Source: Anaeramoeba ignava BMAN (Eukaryota > Protista > Anaeramoebae). From it: DNA of 64,000 nucleotides. The DNA is taken from the NCBI GenBank assembly GCA_028826165.1, contig JAPDFW010000094.1, positions 1 to 64,000 of the forward strand. Reading direction: 5' to 3'. Every line of letters starts with the position of its first letter. Positions within the stretch are counted from its first letter, which is position 1. The translations under genes and the position numbers were made by a program. Positions 37,048 to 51,702 of this stretch are shown piece after piece. The notes under the pieces are model-generated. The model did not search any database and had not been told where the DNA came from. It was given only the letters and a program-made list of their open reading frames with translations.

Positions 37048-40000
37048 ATGAAACTTTTTATTTTCTTATTAATCTTTATTTTATTCTTATTTTCAAACAC
37101 ACAACTTTGCTATTTTGAATCCAATTCATTTTATAATTATTCTTCAATAATTGAATGTGCAAAATCAATTCCTTTTCAAGAAAATAATACAGTTATTGAA
37201 ACAGTAAATCAAATGATTGAAGAATATGTTTTTAAAGATATTGTTCAAAATATTTCAACTGAATTTCATCATTTCCAAATCAATTTAACAGAAGAATTTA
37301 ATCAAATTAATCAACAAATGTTTTCAAATGATTTTGATTTTCAACAATCAATATCTGATGTTTTTGATTCACTTTATGATGCTCATACTATTTATATTAA
37401 ACCTCAATGTTATGTTTCTCTTTATCTCGTTTTTCCATTACAATTGTCTTTGAAAGAAAATCAATATTCAAATCCAGAAGTTTATGTTTCAGGTATTCTT
37501 GCAAATTCAGATAATATTGCTAATATTTATGAATCTATAACAGGAATTGATCCAAGAGATTATATTGGAGAAACTATTATTACAATTGATAATCAAGTAA
37601 TTTTTTAAAATATTCAAAATATTTAAAATATTCAAAATATTCAAAATATTCAATATATTCAATATATTCAATATATCCAATATATTCAATATATTCAAAA
37701 TATTCAAAATATTCAAAATATTCAAATATTCAATATATTCAATTTATTCAAAATATTCAAAATATTCAAAATATTCAATATATTCAATATATTCAATTTA
37801 TTCAATATATTCAATATATTCAATATATTCAATTTATTCAATATATTCAATATATTCAATTTATTCAATATATTCAAAATATTCAAAATATTCAATATAT
37901 TCAATATATTCAATATATTCAATATATTCAAAATATTCAATTTATTCAATTTATTCAATTTATTCAATATATTTCAAAATATTTAAAAATATTCAATATA
38001 TTCAATATATATTCAATTTATTCAATTTATTCAATATATTCAATACATTCAATTTATTCAATATATTCAATACATTCAATTTATTCAATATATTCAAAAT
38101 ATTCAAAATATTTAATATATTCAATATATTCAAAATATTCAATACATTCAATTTATTCAATATATTCAATTTATTCAATTTATCCAATTTATCCAATTTA
38201 TCCAATTTATCCAATTTATTCAATTTATTCAATATATTCAATATATTCAATATATTCAATTTATTCAATATATTCAATATATTCAATATATCCAATTTAT
38301 TCAATTTATTCAAAATATTCAATTTATTCAATATATCCAATTTATTCAATTTATTCAAAATATTCAATTTATTCAAAATATTCAAAATATTCAAAATATT
38401 CAATATATTCAATTTATTTAATATATTTAATATATTCAAAATATTCAAAATATACAATATATTCAAAATATAAATAGGATGCTTGGTATTATCTTTTAGT
38501 TGAATCTTCAAAACTTTCAATTTCAAAAGATCCTTCTTCTTGTTTAAATGAATATCTTCAAAATGATTTTATGGCATTAAATCTTGGATATTCTCCAATA
38601 CCTGAAAAAGAAAACAGAACTATTCAATTTAATTCAGGTTTTGTTGATTTTCCTTTTATTGGAATGTGTACAAGTAATTTTAGTTCACAATCAGATTTTC
38701 AAACACAATGTCTTTGTAAGTATTATTAGTTATTTTTATTTATTTTTATCATTTTTAATTATTTTAATTATTTTTATTATTAATTATTTAGCTGGATTAA
38801 GTGCAAAAATTTAGAAAAATCCAAATCAAAAAATTTTAAAGAGAAAGAAAGAAAAGAAGTTTTATCTCCTGTTTTAGAAAAAAGAAAAAGAATAAAGCAA
38901 ATGATTCGTGAATATTTTACTTCAAAAGATAATGAAAATAAAAATGAAAACCAAAAAGAAGAACAAGAAAATGTTATTGATGGAAGTGTTATTATTTTTA
39001 ATACATCTGATTCTGTTAATTTTGAAGTTTTTACAGGTGATTCAGGAATTCAATATGGAATATTACAAGTTATTTCATTTATGCCAGATGATCTAAATGA
39101 ATTTGGAGAAATTATAGATTATGGAATGGAATATATTCAATCAAACAATATTGATTATTTAGTTATTGATCTTAAACAAAATGGAGGAGGTTATATTGAT
39201 TTAAGTTATCAATTATTCCATTATTTTTTCAATTTAACAAACGAACCAATTTTTGGAAATTATGATTTCAGACATTCAAATCTTAATGATCAATTATTTA
39301 TTAAATGTGCTGAAAATGAAAATTGTAAAGGAGATTCTGAAAGTTTATATTCACCATTACTTTGGTATAATCAAACAGAACAACAGTTCAACAATTCAGA
39401 TTACTATACACCAGGAATTAGTTATTTAAGAGGAGAAGAAGTTTCACAATATTCAATACCAATTCATGAAGTTTCAAATATTTCTTACAAAAGTCCAATT
39501 CAATTTGATAAAAATCATTTTATATTATTATCAGATGGAATTTGTGGAAGTTCATGTGCAGTTTTTTCATCTAAAATTATTCAAAACAATTTATCAACAA
39601 CATTTACTATTGGAGGAATTCCAAATTCAGAAATGGGATTTAATAGTTTTCCAGGAGGACAAGTATATAATTCAGAAAGTTTACTTTATGATCTTTTAAT
39701 TCAATTCCCTTATATTTATGGAATTACAATTGATAATCCACCAACACCATTTGAATCAGATAATGAAGTTAGTTTTACTTATCGAGAGATTTATCCATTT
39801 GATACAAATGAAATTAACAATTCAACAATTCCACTTGAATTTATGTTTTTACCAACAGAAAATAAATTGAATATTTGGGATTTTTCAAATGAATCATTAA
39901 TTTATCAAGGAATTGATAGTTATTTAAATCCAATTCCATCTCCAACTCCAACTCCAGCACCTGTAAATGGAAATTCTAAGTCAAGTAAAACTGGATTAAT

Positions 40001-40127
40001 TGTTGGAGTTATTATTGTTATTATTGTTATTATTGGTTTATTGATTGGTTTTGCTACTTATCGACTCAAAAAGAAAAAGAATTTAGAAACTCAAATGTAT
40101 TCACAATTAATTGATGATCAATTATAA
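37048..40127 (+). CDS. Secreted S41-family peptidase-like protein, copy 1 (type I TM, YSQL tail); introns 37597-38477, 38716-38791
   Basis: Signal peptide, [47 protein letters not shown] followed by a basic stop-transfer segment. One 1-nt frameshift near 38805. Confidence 0.8.
37605..38470 (+). repeat. 9-bp tandem repeat (AATATATTC/AAAATATTC/AATTTATTC) in copy 1 intron 1
   Basis: Visible array. Confidence 0.95.
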
Positions 40128-40512
40128 ATCAATAAGAAAATAAAAAAGAAAAAAAGGAAATTCTAAAAAGAAAAATAACCCCTTTTTTATTAATTTTCAA
40201 TTTAATTTTTAATTTAATTTTCAATTTAATTTTTAATTTAATTTTTATTTAAAGAGATCAAATTAATTTTTAATTTAATTTTCAATTTAATTTTTAATTA
40301 AAGAGATCAAATTCCAAAAAAAAAATAAAAGAAAAAGAAAAAGAAAAATTCAAGTAAACAATTAAAAAGAAAAAACCAAATAAAAAAAATTTTTTTTCTC
40401 ATTTTCATTTTTCACACCCTCAAAAAAAAATAACTAATAATAACACCCAAATTCAATTAAACAAAAACATTGATTAAATTTTCCTTTTTTTTATCTAAAT
40501 TTAAAATCCAAA

Positions 40513-42696
40513 ATGAAAGTTTTTATTTTCTTATTAATTTTCCTTTTATTTTCATTTTCAAATACACAACTTTGTAATTTTCAAGCTAATTATGTTCAAT
40601 ATTATTCTTCAATAGTTGAATGTGCAAAATCGGTCCCTTTTCAAGAAAATAATACAGTTATTGAAACAGTAAATCAAATTATTGAAGAATATGTTTTTAA
40701 AGATATTGTTCAAAATATTTCAACTGAATTTCATCATTTCCAAATTAATTTAACAGAAGAACTTAATCAAATTAATCAAGAAACATTTTCAAATGATTTT
40801 GATTTTCAACAATCAATATCTGATATTTTTGATTCACTTTATGATGCTCATACTATTTATATTAAACCTCAATGTTATGTTTCTCTTTTCTTCTTTTTCC
40901 ATTACAATTAGCTTTGAAAGAAAATGGATCTTCAAATCCAGAAGTTTATGTTTCAGGTATTTATGCAGATTCAGATAATTTTGCTAATATTTATCTATAT
41001 ATAACAGGAATTGATCCAAGAGATTATATTGGAGAAACTATTATTACAATTGATAATCAAGTAATTTTTTAATTTATTCAAAATATTTAATATATTCAAA
41101 ATATTAAAAATATTTAAAATATTCAATATATAAATAGGATGCTTGGCATTATCTTTTAGTTGAATCTTCAAAACTTTCAATTTCAAAAGATCCTTCTTCT
41201 TGTTTAAATGAATATCTTCAATGGGATTTTCTACAAATAAGTCTTGGATATTCTCCAATACCTGAAAAAGAAAGTAGAACTATTCAATTTAATTCAGGTT
41301 CTGTTGATTTTCCTTTTATTGGAATGAGTACAAGTAATTTCAATTCACAATCAGATTTTGAAACACAATGTCTTTGTAAGTTTTATTATTATCATTTTTA
41401 ATTATAATTTGATTTTAATTCTAATTCTCATTTTGATAATTATTTAGCTGGATTAAATGAAACAAATTTAGAAAAATTCAAATCAAATAATTTTAAAGAG
41501 AAAGAAAGAAAAGAAGTTTTATCTCCTGTTTTAGAAAAGAAAAGAATAAAGCAAATGATTTATGAATATTTTACTTCACAAGATAATGAAAACCAAAATG
41601 AAAAAAAAGATGTTATTGATGAAAGTGTTATTATTTTTAATACATCTGATTCTGTTAATTTTGGAAGTTTTTACAGGTGATTCAGGAATTCAATATGGAA
41701 TATTACAAGTTACTTCATTTTCACCAAATAATCTAACTGAATTTGAAGAAATTATAGATTATGGAATGGAATATATTCAATCAAACAATATTGATTATTT
41801 AGTTATTGATCTTAGTCAAAATGGAGGAGGTTATATTGATTTAAGTTATCAATTATTCTATTATTTTTTCGATTTAACAAACTGAACCAATTTTTGGAAA
41901 TTATGATTTCAGACATTCAAAATTTAGTGATCAATTTTTTATTAAATGTGCTCAAAATGAAAATTGTACAAATGATATGTATCTTTTGTATTCACCATTA
42001 CTTTGGTATAATCAAACAGAACAACAATGCACTAATGAAGATTGGTATACACCAGGAATTAGTTATTTAAGAGGAGGAGAATTTGTACAATATTCAATAC
42101 CAATTCATATGAATCATGATATTTCTTGGAAAAGTCCAATTCAATTTGATAAAAATCATTTTATATTATTATCAGATGGAATTTGTGGAAGTTCATGTGC
42201 AGTTTTTTCATCTAAAATTATTCAAAACAATTTAGCAACAACATTTACTATTGGAGGAATTCCAAATTCCGAAATGGGATTTAATAGTTTTCCAGGAGGA
42301 CAAGTATATAATTCAGACTATTTAGTTTATGATATAAGTGATTTAGAATATTATTATGGAATTACAATTGATGGCCTACCTCCACCATTTGAATCAGATA
42401 ATGAAGTCAGTTTTACTTATCGAGAAATTTATCCATTTGATACAAATGAATTTAACAATTTAACAATTCCACTTGAATTTATGTTTATACCAACAGAAAA
42501 TAGATTGAATATTTGGGATTTTTCAAATGAATCATTAATTTATCAAGGAATTGATAGTTATTTAAATCCAATTCCATCACCAACTCCAAGTTATTCACCA
42601 ACACCAACACCAACACCAAGTGAAGCTTCAAATTTTTCAATTTCTTTCTTAATCAAATTGATTTTTGGTTTATTTTTGATTGATTTTTTCTTTTAA
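40513..42696 (+). CDS. S41-like peptidase copy 2 (GPI-type C-terminus); introns 41061-41137, 41376-41447
   Basis: Paralogous exons with DAHT, DLSQNGGG and CGSSC intact. It ends PTPSEASNFSISFLIKLIFGLFLIDFFF*. Frameshifts near 40895, 41660 and 41883. Confidence 0.75.
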
Positions 42697-43262
42697 AATC
42701 CTTTTTTTTTTCATCTTCAAATTCTTTTTCTTTTTAATTTTCTTTTAAAATCCAATTTCTTTTTTTTTTCTAAATTCCTTTTTCTAAACTCCAAACAAAC
42801 AATCAATAAAACCAAATTCAAAAACAAATTTTTTTTTTAATTTTTTTTTTTAATTTTTTTTTTAATTAATTTTAAATCTAAAAGAAAAAAAGTAGGAAAA
42901 ATTTAAATGAAAAAAAAATTTTTTATTTATTTTAAATTATTTAATAAAAGGGATCATATTATAAATCAAAAAGAAAAGAAGAAAGTAAATAGTAAAAAAA
43001 AAAAGAATAATAACAATTTTTTATTTTTATTTTCAATTTAATTTTTAAATAAAAGGATCAAATTTCAAACAAAAAAATATTGAATCCAACTCATCATAAA
43101 CAAAAATAAAAAAATAAAAAAAATTTTTTTCTTTCATTTCTCTGTTTTCCAAAAAAAAAATAGTCATAACAAAAACAACAAAAATAATAACACAAACAAA
43201 ACTCAATTAAACAAAAACATTGATTAAATTTTCCTTTTTTTTAACTAAATTTAAAATCCAAA

Positions 43263-45981
43263 ATGAAAGTTTTTATTTTCTTACTAATTTTCCTTTTATT
43301 CTCATTTTCAAACACACAACTTTGTAATTTTCAAGCTTATTATGTTCGCTATTATTCTTCAATAGTTGAATGTGCAAAGATCAGTTCCTTTTCAAGAAAA
43401 TAATACAGTTATTGAAACAGTAAATCAAATGATTGAAGGATATGTTTTTAAAGATATTGTTCAAAATATTTCAACTCAATTTCATCATTTCCAAATCAAT
43501 TTAACAGAAGAATTTAATCAAATTAATCAAGAAACATTTTCAAATGATTTTGATTTTCAACAATCAATATCTGATGTTTTTGATTCGCTTTATGATTACT
43601 TTACTTTTTACAATAAACCAGAATGTTATGTTTCTCTTTATCTTCTTTTTCCATTACAATTAGCTTTGAAAGAAAATGAATATTCAAATCTAGAAGTTTA
43701 TGTTTCAGGTATTTATGCAAATTCAGATACTTTTGCTGATATTTATGTATATATGACAGGAATTGATCCAAGAGATTATATTGGAGAAACTATTATTACA
43801 ATTGATAATCAAGTAATTTTTCAAAAATATTCAATATATTCAAAATATTCAAAATATTCAATATATTCAAAATATTCAAAATATCCAAAATATATTCAAA
43901 ATATTCAAAATATTCAATATATTCAAAATATTCAAAATATTCAATATATTCAATTTATTCAATATATTCAATATATTCAAAATATTCAATATATTCAAAA
44001 TATTCAATATATTCAATATATTCAATATATTCAAAATATTCAAAATATTCAAAATATTCAATATATTCAATATATTCAATATATTCAATATATTCAATAT
44101 ATTCAATTTATTCAATATATTCAATATATTCAATATATTCAATTTATTCAAAATATTCAAAATATTCAAAATATTCAAAATATTCAATATATTCAATTTA
44201 TTCAAAATATTCAAAATATTCAAAATATTCAAAATATTCAAAATATTCAATATATTCAATATATTCAATATATTCAATTTATTCAATTTATTCAAAATAT
44301 TCAATATATTCAAAATATTCAAAATATTCAATTTATTCAATTTATTCAATATATTTAAAATATTCAAAATATTCAAAATATTCAAAATATTCAATATATA
44401 AATAGGATGCTTGGCATTATCTTTTAGTTGAATCTTCAAAACTTCCTATTTCAAAAGATCCTTCTGCTTGTTTAAATGAATATCTTCAATATCATTTTAT
44501 GGAAATATGTCTTGGATATTATCCAATACCTGAAAAAGAAAGTAGAACTATTCAATTTAATTCAGGTTCTGTTGATTTTCCTTTTCTTGGAATGAGTACA
44601 AGTAATTTCAATTCACAATCAGATTTTGAAACACAATGTCTTTGTAAGTTTTATTATTATTATTATTTTTAATCATTTTTAATTATAATTTGATTTTAAT
44701 TCTAATTCTCATTTTGATAATTATTTAGCTGGATTAAATGCAACAAATTTAGAAAAATCCAAATTAAAAAGTTTTAAAGAGAAAGAAAGAAAAGAAGTTT
44801 TATCTCCTGTTTTAGAAAGAAAAAGAATAAAGAAAATGATTTATGAATATTTTACTTCAAAAGATAATGAAAACCAAAAAGAAAAACAACAAGAAGATGC
44901 TGTTGATGGAAGTGCTATTATTTTTAATACATCTAATGCTGTTAATTTTGGAGTTTTTACAGGTGATTCAGGAATTCAATATGGAATATTACAAGTTACT
45001 ACATTTTCACCAAATAATAAAACTGAATTTAAAGAAATTATAGATTATGGAATGGAATATATTCAATCAAACAATATTGATTATTTAGTTATTGATCTTA
45101 GTCAAAATGGAAGAGGATATGTTGATTTAAGTTATCAATTATTCCATTATTTTTTCAATTTAACAAATGAACCAATTTATGGAAATTATGATTTCAGACA
45201 TTCAAGTTCTAGTGATCAATTCTTTATTAAATGTGCTCAAAATGAAAATTGTACAAATGATATGTATCTTTTGTATTCACCTTTATATTGGTATAATCAA
45301 ACAGAACAACAATGCACTAATGAAGATTGGTATACACCAGGAATTAGTTATTTAAGAGGAGGAGAATTTGCTCAATTCTCAACTTTGGTTCATGAAGCTC
45401 CAGATATTTCTTGGAAAAGTCCAATTCAATTTGATAAAAATCATTTTATATTATTATCAGATGGAATTTGTGGAAATATGTGTGGTACGTTTTCATCAAA
45501 AATTATTCAAAACAATTTAGCAACAACATTTACTACTGGAGGAATTCCAAATTCTGAAATGTCATTTATAAGTTTTCCAGGAGGAGGAACATATGATTCA
45601 AACCATATATTTTATGATATAAATGTTTTACAATATTATTATGGAATTACAATTGATAATCCACCAACACCATTTGAATCAGATAATAAAATTGGTTTTA
45701 CTTGTCAAGAAGTTTATCCATTTGATACAAATGAAATTAACAATTTAACAATTCCACTTGAATTTATGTTTATACCAACAGAACATAGATTGAATATTTG
45801 GGATTTTTTAAATCAACCATTAATTTATCAAGGAATTGATAGTTATTTAAATCCAATTCCATCACCAACTCCAAGTTATTCACCAACACCAACACCAACA
45901 CCAAGTGAAGCTTCAAATTTTTCAATTTCTTTCTTAATCAAATTGATTTTTGGTTTATTTTTGATTGATTTTTTCTTTTAA
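43263..45981 (+). CDS. S41-like peptidase copy 3 (GPI-type C-terminus; predicted catalytic motifs substituted); introns 43813-44405, 44644-44728
   Basis: DYFT replaces DAHT, NGRG replaces NGGG, and CGNMC replaces CGSSC. One homopolymer frameshift near 43376. Confidence 0.75.
43820..44400 (+). repeat. 9-bp tandem repeat in copy 3 intron 1
   Basis: Same unit as 37605-38470. Confidence 0.95.
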
Positions 45982-46175
45982 AATCCTTTTTTTTTTCATC
46001 TTCAAATTCTTTTTCTTTTTAATTTTCTTTTAAAATCCAATTTCTTTTTTTTTTCTAAATTCCTTTTTCTAAACTCCAAACAAACAAACAATCAATAAAA
46101 CCAAATTCAAAAACAAATTTTTTTTTTAATTTTTTTTTTCATTTTTTTTTTCATTTTTTTTAATTTAAAACCCAA

Positions 46176-48456
46176 ATGAAACTTATTTTCCTATTAATTT
46201 TCCTTTTATTTTCATTTTCAAACACACAACTTTGTAATTTTCAAGCTAATTATGCTGAATATTATTCTTCAATAGTTGAATGTGCAAGATCAGTTCCTTT
46301 TCAAGAAAATAATACAGTTATTGAAACAGTAAATCAAATTATTGAAGAATATGTTTTTAAAGATATTGTTCAAAATATTTCAACTGAATTTCATCATTTC
46401 CAAATCAATTTAACAGAAGAACTTAATCAAATTAATCAACAAACATTTTCAAATGATTTTGATTTTCAACAATCAATATCTGATGTTTTAGATTCACTTT
46501 ATGATGCTCATACTAGTTACGTTAAACCTCTTTGTTATGTTTCTCTTTATCTTATTTTTCCATTACAATTAGCTTTGAAAGAAAATGGATCTTCAAATCC
46601 AGAAGTTTATGTTTCAGGTATTTATGCAAATTCAGATAATATTGCTAATATTTATCAATCTATGACAGGAATTGATCCAAGAGATTATATTGGAGAAACT
46701 ATTATTACAATTGATAATCAAGTAATTTTTTAATTTATTCAAAATATTCAAAATATTCAATATATTCAATATATTCAATATATTCAATATATTCAATTTA
46801 TTCAATTTATTCAATATATTCAATATATTCAAAATATAAATAGGATGCTTTGGATTATCTTTTAAATGAATCTTCAAAACTTTCAATTTCAAAAGATCCT
46901 TCTTCTTGTTTAAATCAATATCTTCAAAATGATTTTATGGTTATAAGTCTTGGATATTCTCCAATACCTGAAAAAGAAAACAGAACTATTCAATTTAATT
47001 CAGGTTCTCTTGGATTTCCTTTTATTGGAATTAGTATAAGTACTTTCAATTCACAATCAGATTTTCAAACACAATGTCTTTGTAAGTTTTATTTTAATTA
47101 TAATTTGATTTTAATTCTAATTTTTATTTTGATAATTATTTAGCTGGATTAAATGCAACAAATTTAGAAAAATTCAAATCAAAAAGTTTTAAAGAGAAAG
47201 AAAGAAAAGAAGTTTTATCTCCTGTTTTAGAAAAAAAAAGAATAAAACAAATGATTTATGAATATTTTACTTCAAAAGATAATGAAAATCAAAAAAAAGA
47301 AAAAGAAGAAAAAGAAAATGTTATTGATGGAAGTGTTATTATTTTTAATACATCTAATGCTGTTAATTTTGGAGTTTTTACAGGTGATTCAGAAATTCAA
47401 TATGGAATATTACAAGTTACTTCATTTGTTCCAAATAATCAAAATGAATTTGAAGAAATTGTAGATTATGGAATGGAATATATTCAATCAAACAATATTG
47501 ATTATTTAATTCTTGATCTTAAACAAAATGGAGGAGGTTATATTGATTTAAGTTATCAATTATTCCATTATTTTTTCAATTTAACAACTGAGCCAATTTA
47601 TGGAAATTATGATTTCAGACATTCAAATCTTAATGATCAATTCTTTATTAAATGTGCTCAAAATGAAAATTGTACAAATGATATAGCGTTTTTGTATTCA
47701 CCATTACTTTGGTATAATAAAACAGAACAACAATGTACTAATGAAGATTACTATACACCAGGAATTAGTTATTTAAGAGGAGAAGGTGTTTCACAATATT
47801 CAACACCAATTCATGAAGTTTCAGACATTTCTTGGAAAAGTCCAATTCAATTTGATAAAAATCATTTTATATTATTATCAGATGGAATTTGTGGAAGTTC
47901 ATGTGCAGTTTTTTCATCTAAAATTATTCAAAACAATTTATCAACAACATTTACTATTGGAGGAATTCCAAATTCTGAAATGGGATTTAATAGTTTTCCA
48001 GGAGGACAAGTATATAATTCAGAATATATATTTTATGATATAAGTGATTTAGAATATTATTATGGAATTGTAGTCGATAATCCACCAACACCATTTGAAT
48101 CAGATAATGAAGTTAGTTTTACTTATCGAGAAATTTATCCATTTGATACAAATGAAATTAACAATTCAACAATTCCACTTGAATTTATGTTTTTACCAAC
48201 AGAAAATAAATTGAATATTTGGGATTTTTCAAATGAATCATTAATTTATCAAGGAATTGATAGTTATTTAAATCCAATTCCATCACCAACTCCAAATCCT
48301 AATTACACAAAATCAGAATCTTCTGAAGCTGGTTTAGTTGCTGGTCTTATTATTTCAACTATTGCTATTCTCGCAATTATTTTGGTTTTTGGTTTCTATT
48401 CTGCAAAAAAGAAAAAAGATTCTCAAAAAATTTATGAAACAGTCGATGATAATTAA
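46176..48456 (+). CDS. S41-like peptidase copy 4 (type I TM, YETV tail); introns 46722-46843, 47082-47143
   Basis: All motifs intact. TM AGLVAGLIISTIAILAIILVFGFY, tail KKKKDSQKIYETVDDN*. Confidence 0.82.
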
Positions 48457-48654
48457 CTTTCTTTTCTTTCATTTTTTTTTCCTCTTTTTTTTTCCACTTT
48501 TTAAATTTCATCAATTTTACCATTTTTTTTTTCTAAATTCCTTTTTCTAAACTCCAAACAAACAAAAATCAATAAAAACCAAATTCAAAAACAAATTTTT
48601 TTTTTAATTTTTTTTTTCATTTTTTTTTTTCATTTTTTTTAATTTAAAACCCAA

Positions 48655-51359
48655 ATGAAACTTATTTTCCTATTAATTTTCCTTTTATTTTCATTTTCAA
48701 ACACACAACTTTGTAATTTTCAAGCTAATTATGCTCAATATTATTCTTCAATAATTGAATGTGCAAAATCAATTCCTTTTCAAGAAAATAATACAGTTAT
48801 TGAAACAGTAAATCAAATTATTGAAGAATATGTTTTTAAAGATATTGTTCAAAATATTTCAACTGAATTCCATCATTTCCAAATCAATTTAACAGAAGAA
48901 CTTAATCAAATTAATCAACAAACATTTTCAAATGATTTTGATTTTCAACAATCAATATCTGATGTTTTAGATTCACTTTATGATGCTCATACTATTTATA
49001 TTAAACCTCTTTGTTATGTTTCTCTTCATCTTATTTTTCCATTACAATTAGCTTTGAAAGAAAATGGATCTTCAAATCCAGAAGTTTATGTTTCAGGTAT
49101 TTATGCAAATTCAGATAATATTGCTAATGTTTATCTATATATAACAGGAATTGATCCAAGAGATTATATTGGAGAAACTATTATTACAATTGATAATCAA
49201 GTAATTTTTTAATTTATTCAAAATATTCAAAATATTCAATTTATTTAAAATATTCAATATATTCAATTTATTCAATATATTCAATATATTCAATTTATTC
49301 AATTTATTCAATATATTCAATTTATTCAATATATTCAATTTATTCAAAATATTTAAAATATAAATAGGATGCTTTTGATTATCTTATAAATGAATCTTCA
49401 AAACTTTCAATTTCAAAAGATCCTTCTTCTTGTTTAAATCAATATCTTCAAAATGATTTTATGGTTATAAGTCTTGGATATTCTCCAATACCTGAAAAAG
49501 AAAACAGAACTATTCAATTTAATTCAGGTTCTCTTGGATTTCCTTTTATTGGAATTAGTATAAGTACTTTCAATTCACAATCAGATTTTCAAAACACAAT
49601 GTCTTTGTAAGTTTTATTTTTATTTTTAATTCTGATTTTAATCAATTTAATTTTAATTCTAATTTTTATTTTGATAATTATTTAGCTGGATTAAATGCAA
49701 CAAATTTAGAAAAATTCAAATCAAAAAGTTTTGAAGAGAAAGAAAGAAAAGAAGTTTTATCTCCTGTTTTAGAAAAGAAAAGAATAAAACAAATGATTTA
49801 TGAATATTTTACTTCAAAAGATAATGAAAATCAAAAAAAAGAAGAAAAAGAAGAAAAAGAAAATGTTATTGATGGAAGTGTTATTATTTTTAATACATCT
49901 GATTCTGTTAATTTTGGAGTTTTTACAGGTGATTCAGGAATTCAATATGGAATATTACAAGTTACTTCATTTTCACCAAGTAATCTAACTGAATTTAAAG
50001 AAATTGTAGATTATGGAATGGAATATATTCAATCAAACAATATTGATTATTTAATTCTTGATCTTAAACAAAATGGAGGAGGTTATATTTCTTTAAGTTA
50101 TCAATTATTCCATTATTTTTTCAATTTAACAAACGAACCAATTTATGGAAATTATGATTTCAGACATTCAAATCTTAATGATCAATTCTTTATTAAATGT
50201 GCTCAAAATGAAAATTGTACAAATGATATAGCGTTTTTGTATTCACCATTACTTTGGTATAATAAAACAGAACAAGAATGTACTAATGAAGATTACTATA
50301 CACCAGGAATTAGTTATTTAAGAGGAGAAGGTGTTTCACAATATTCAATACCAATTCATGAAGTTTCAGATATTTCTTGGAAAAGTCCAATTCAATTTGA
50401 TAAAAATCATTTTATATTATTATCAGATGGAATTTGTGGAAGTTCATGTGCAGTTTTTTCATCAAAAATTATTCAAAACAATTTATCAACAACATTTACT
50501 ATTGGAGGAATTCCAAATTCCGAAATGGGATTTAATAGTTTTCCAGGAGGACAAGTATATAATTCAGAATATATATTTTATGATATAAGTGATTTAGAAT
50601 ATTATTATGGAATTGTAGTCGATAATCCACCAACACCATTTGAATCAGATAATGAAGTTAGTTTTACTTATCGAGAAATTTATCCATTTAATACAAATGA
50701 AATTACCAATTCAACGATTCCACTTGAATTTATGTTTATACCAACAGAAAATAAATTGAATATTTGGGATTTTTCAAATGAATCATTAATTTATCAAGGA
50801 ATTGATAGTTATTTAAAACCAACTCCAACACCAACACCAACACCAACACCAACACCAACACCAACACCAACACCAACTCCAACACCAACACCAACACCAA
50901 CACCAACTCCAACACCAACACCAACTCCAACACCAACTCCAACACCAACTCCAACACCAACTCCAACACCAACTCCAACTCCAACACCAACACCAACTCC
51001 CAACACCAACACCAACTCCAACACCAACTCCAACTCCAACACCAACACCAACTCCAACACCAACACCAACTCCAACACCAACTCCAACTCCAACACCAAC
51101 TCCAACACCAACACCAACTCCAACTCCAACACCAACACCAACACCAACTCCAACTCCAACTCCAACACCAACACCAACACCAACACCAACTCCAACACCA
51201 AATTACACAAAATCAGAATCTTCTAAAGCTGGTTTGATTGCTGGTGTTGTTATTTCAGTTATTGTGGTTGTTGCTGTTGCTTTGGTTTTTGTTTTCTATC
51301 GTTATAAAAAGAAACAGAATACTGAGATCAATTATCATTTAATGGAGGATAATGTTTAA
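48655..51359 (+). CDS. S41-like peptidase copy 5 (long Pro-Thr stalk, type I TM, YHLM tail); introns 49201-49367, 49607-49685
   Basis: Motifs intact. There is a frameshift at ~49591 and an extra C at ~51001 in the PT repeat. After correction it ends [43 protein letters not shown]. Confidence 0.8.
50818..51200 (+). repeat. (CCAACA/CCAACT)n coding repeat, ~60+ Pro-Thr dipeptides
   Basis: Visible hexamer array within the copy 5 CDS. Confidence 0.95.
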
Positions 51360-51645
51360 AAGTCTTTTTTTCATCTTCAAATTCTTTTTTTCAAATTCAA
51401 ATTCTTTTTTTTCAAATTCGAATTCTTTTTTTTTCAAATTCGAATTCTTTTTTTTCAAATTCGAATTCTTTTTTTTTCATCTTCGAATTCTAATTTTTCA
51501 TCTTTTTTTCAAATTCGAATTCTTTTTTTTCAAATTCGAATTCTTTTTTCATCTTCAAATTCTTTTTTTCATCTTCAAATTCTTTTTTTTTCAAATTCAA
51601 ATTCTTTTTTTTTCATCTTCAAAATCTTTTTTTTCAAATTCAAAA
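51360..51645 (+). repeat. (TTCAAATTC[GAATTC]TTTTT)n degenerate repeat in the copy 5-6 spacer
   Basis: Amplified version of TCATCTTCAAATTCTTTTT, which occurs once after copies 2 and 3. Confidence 0.8.
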
Positions 51646-51702
51646 AAAGCAAAAAAAATTTTTCATTTTTCATTTTTCATTTTTTTTAATTTTAAATCCA
51701 AA

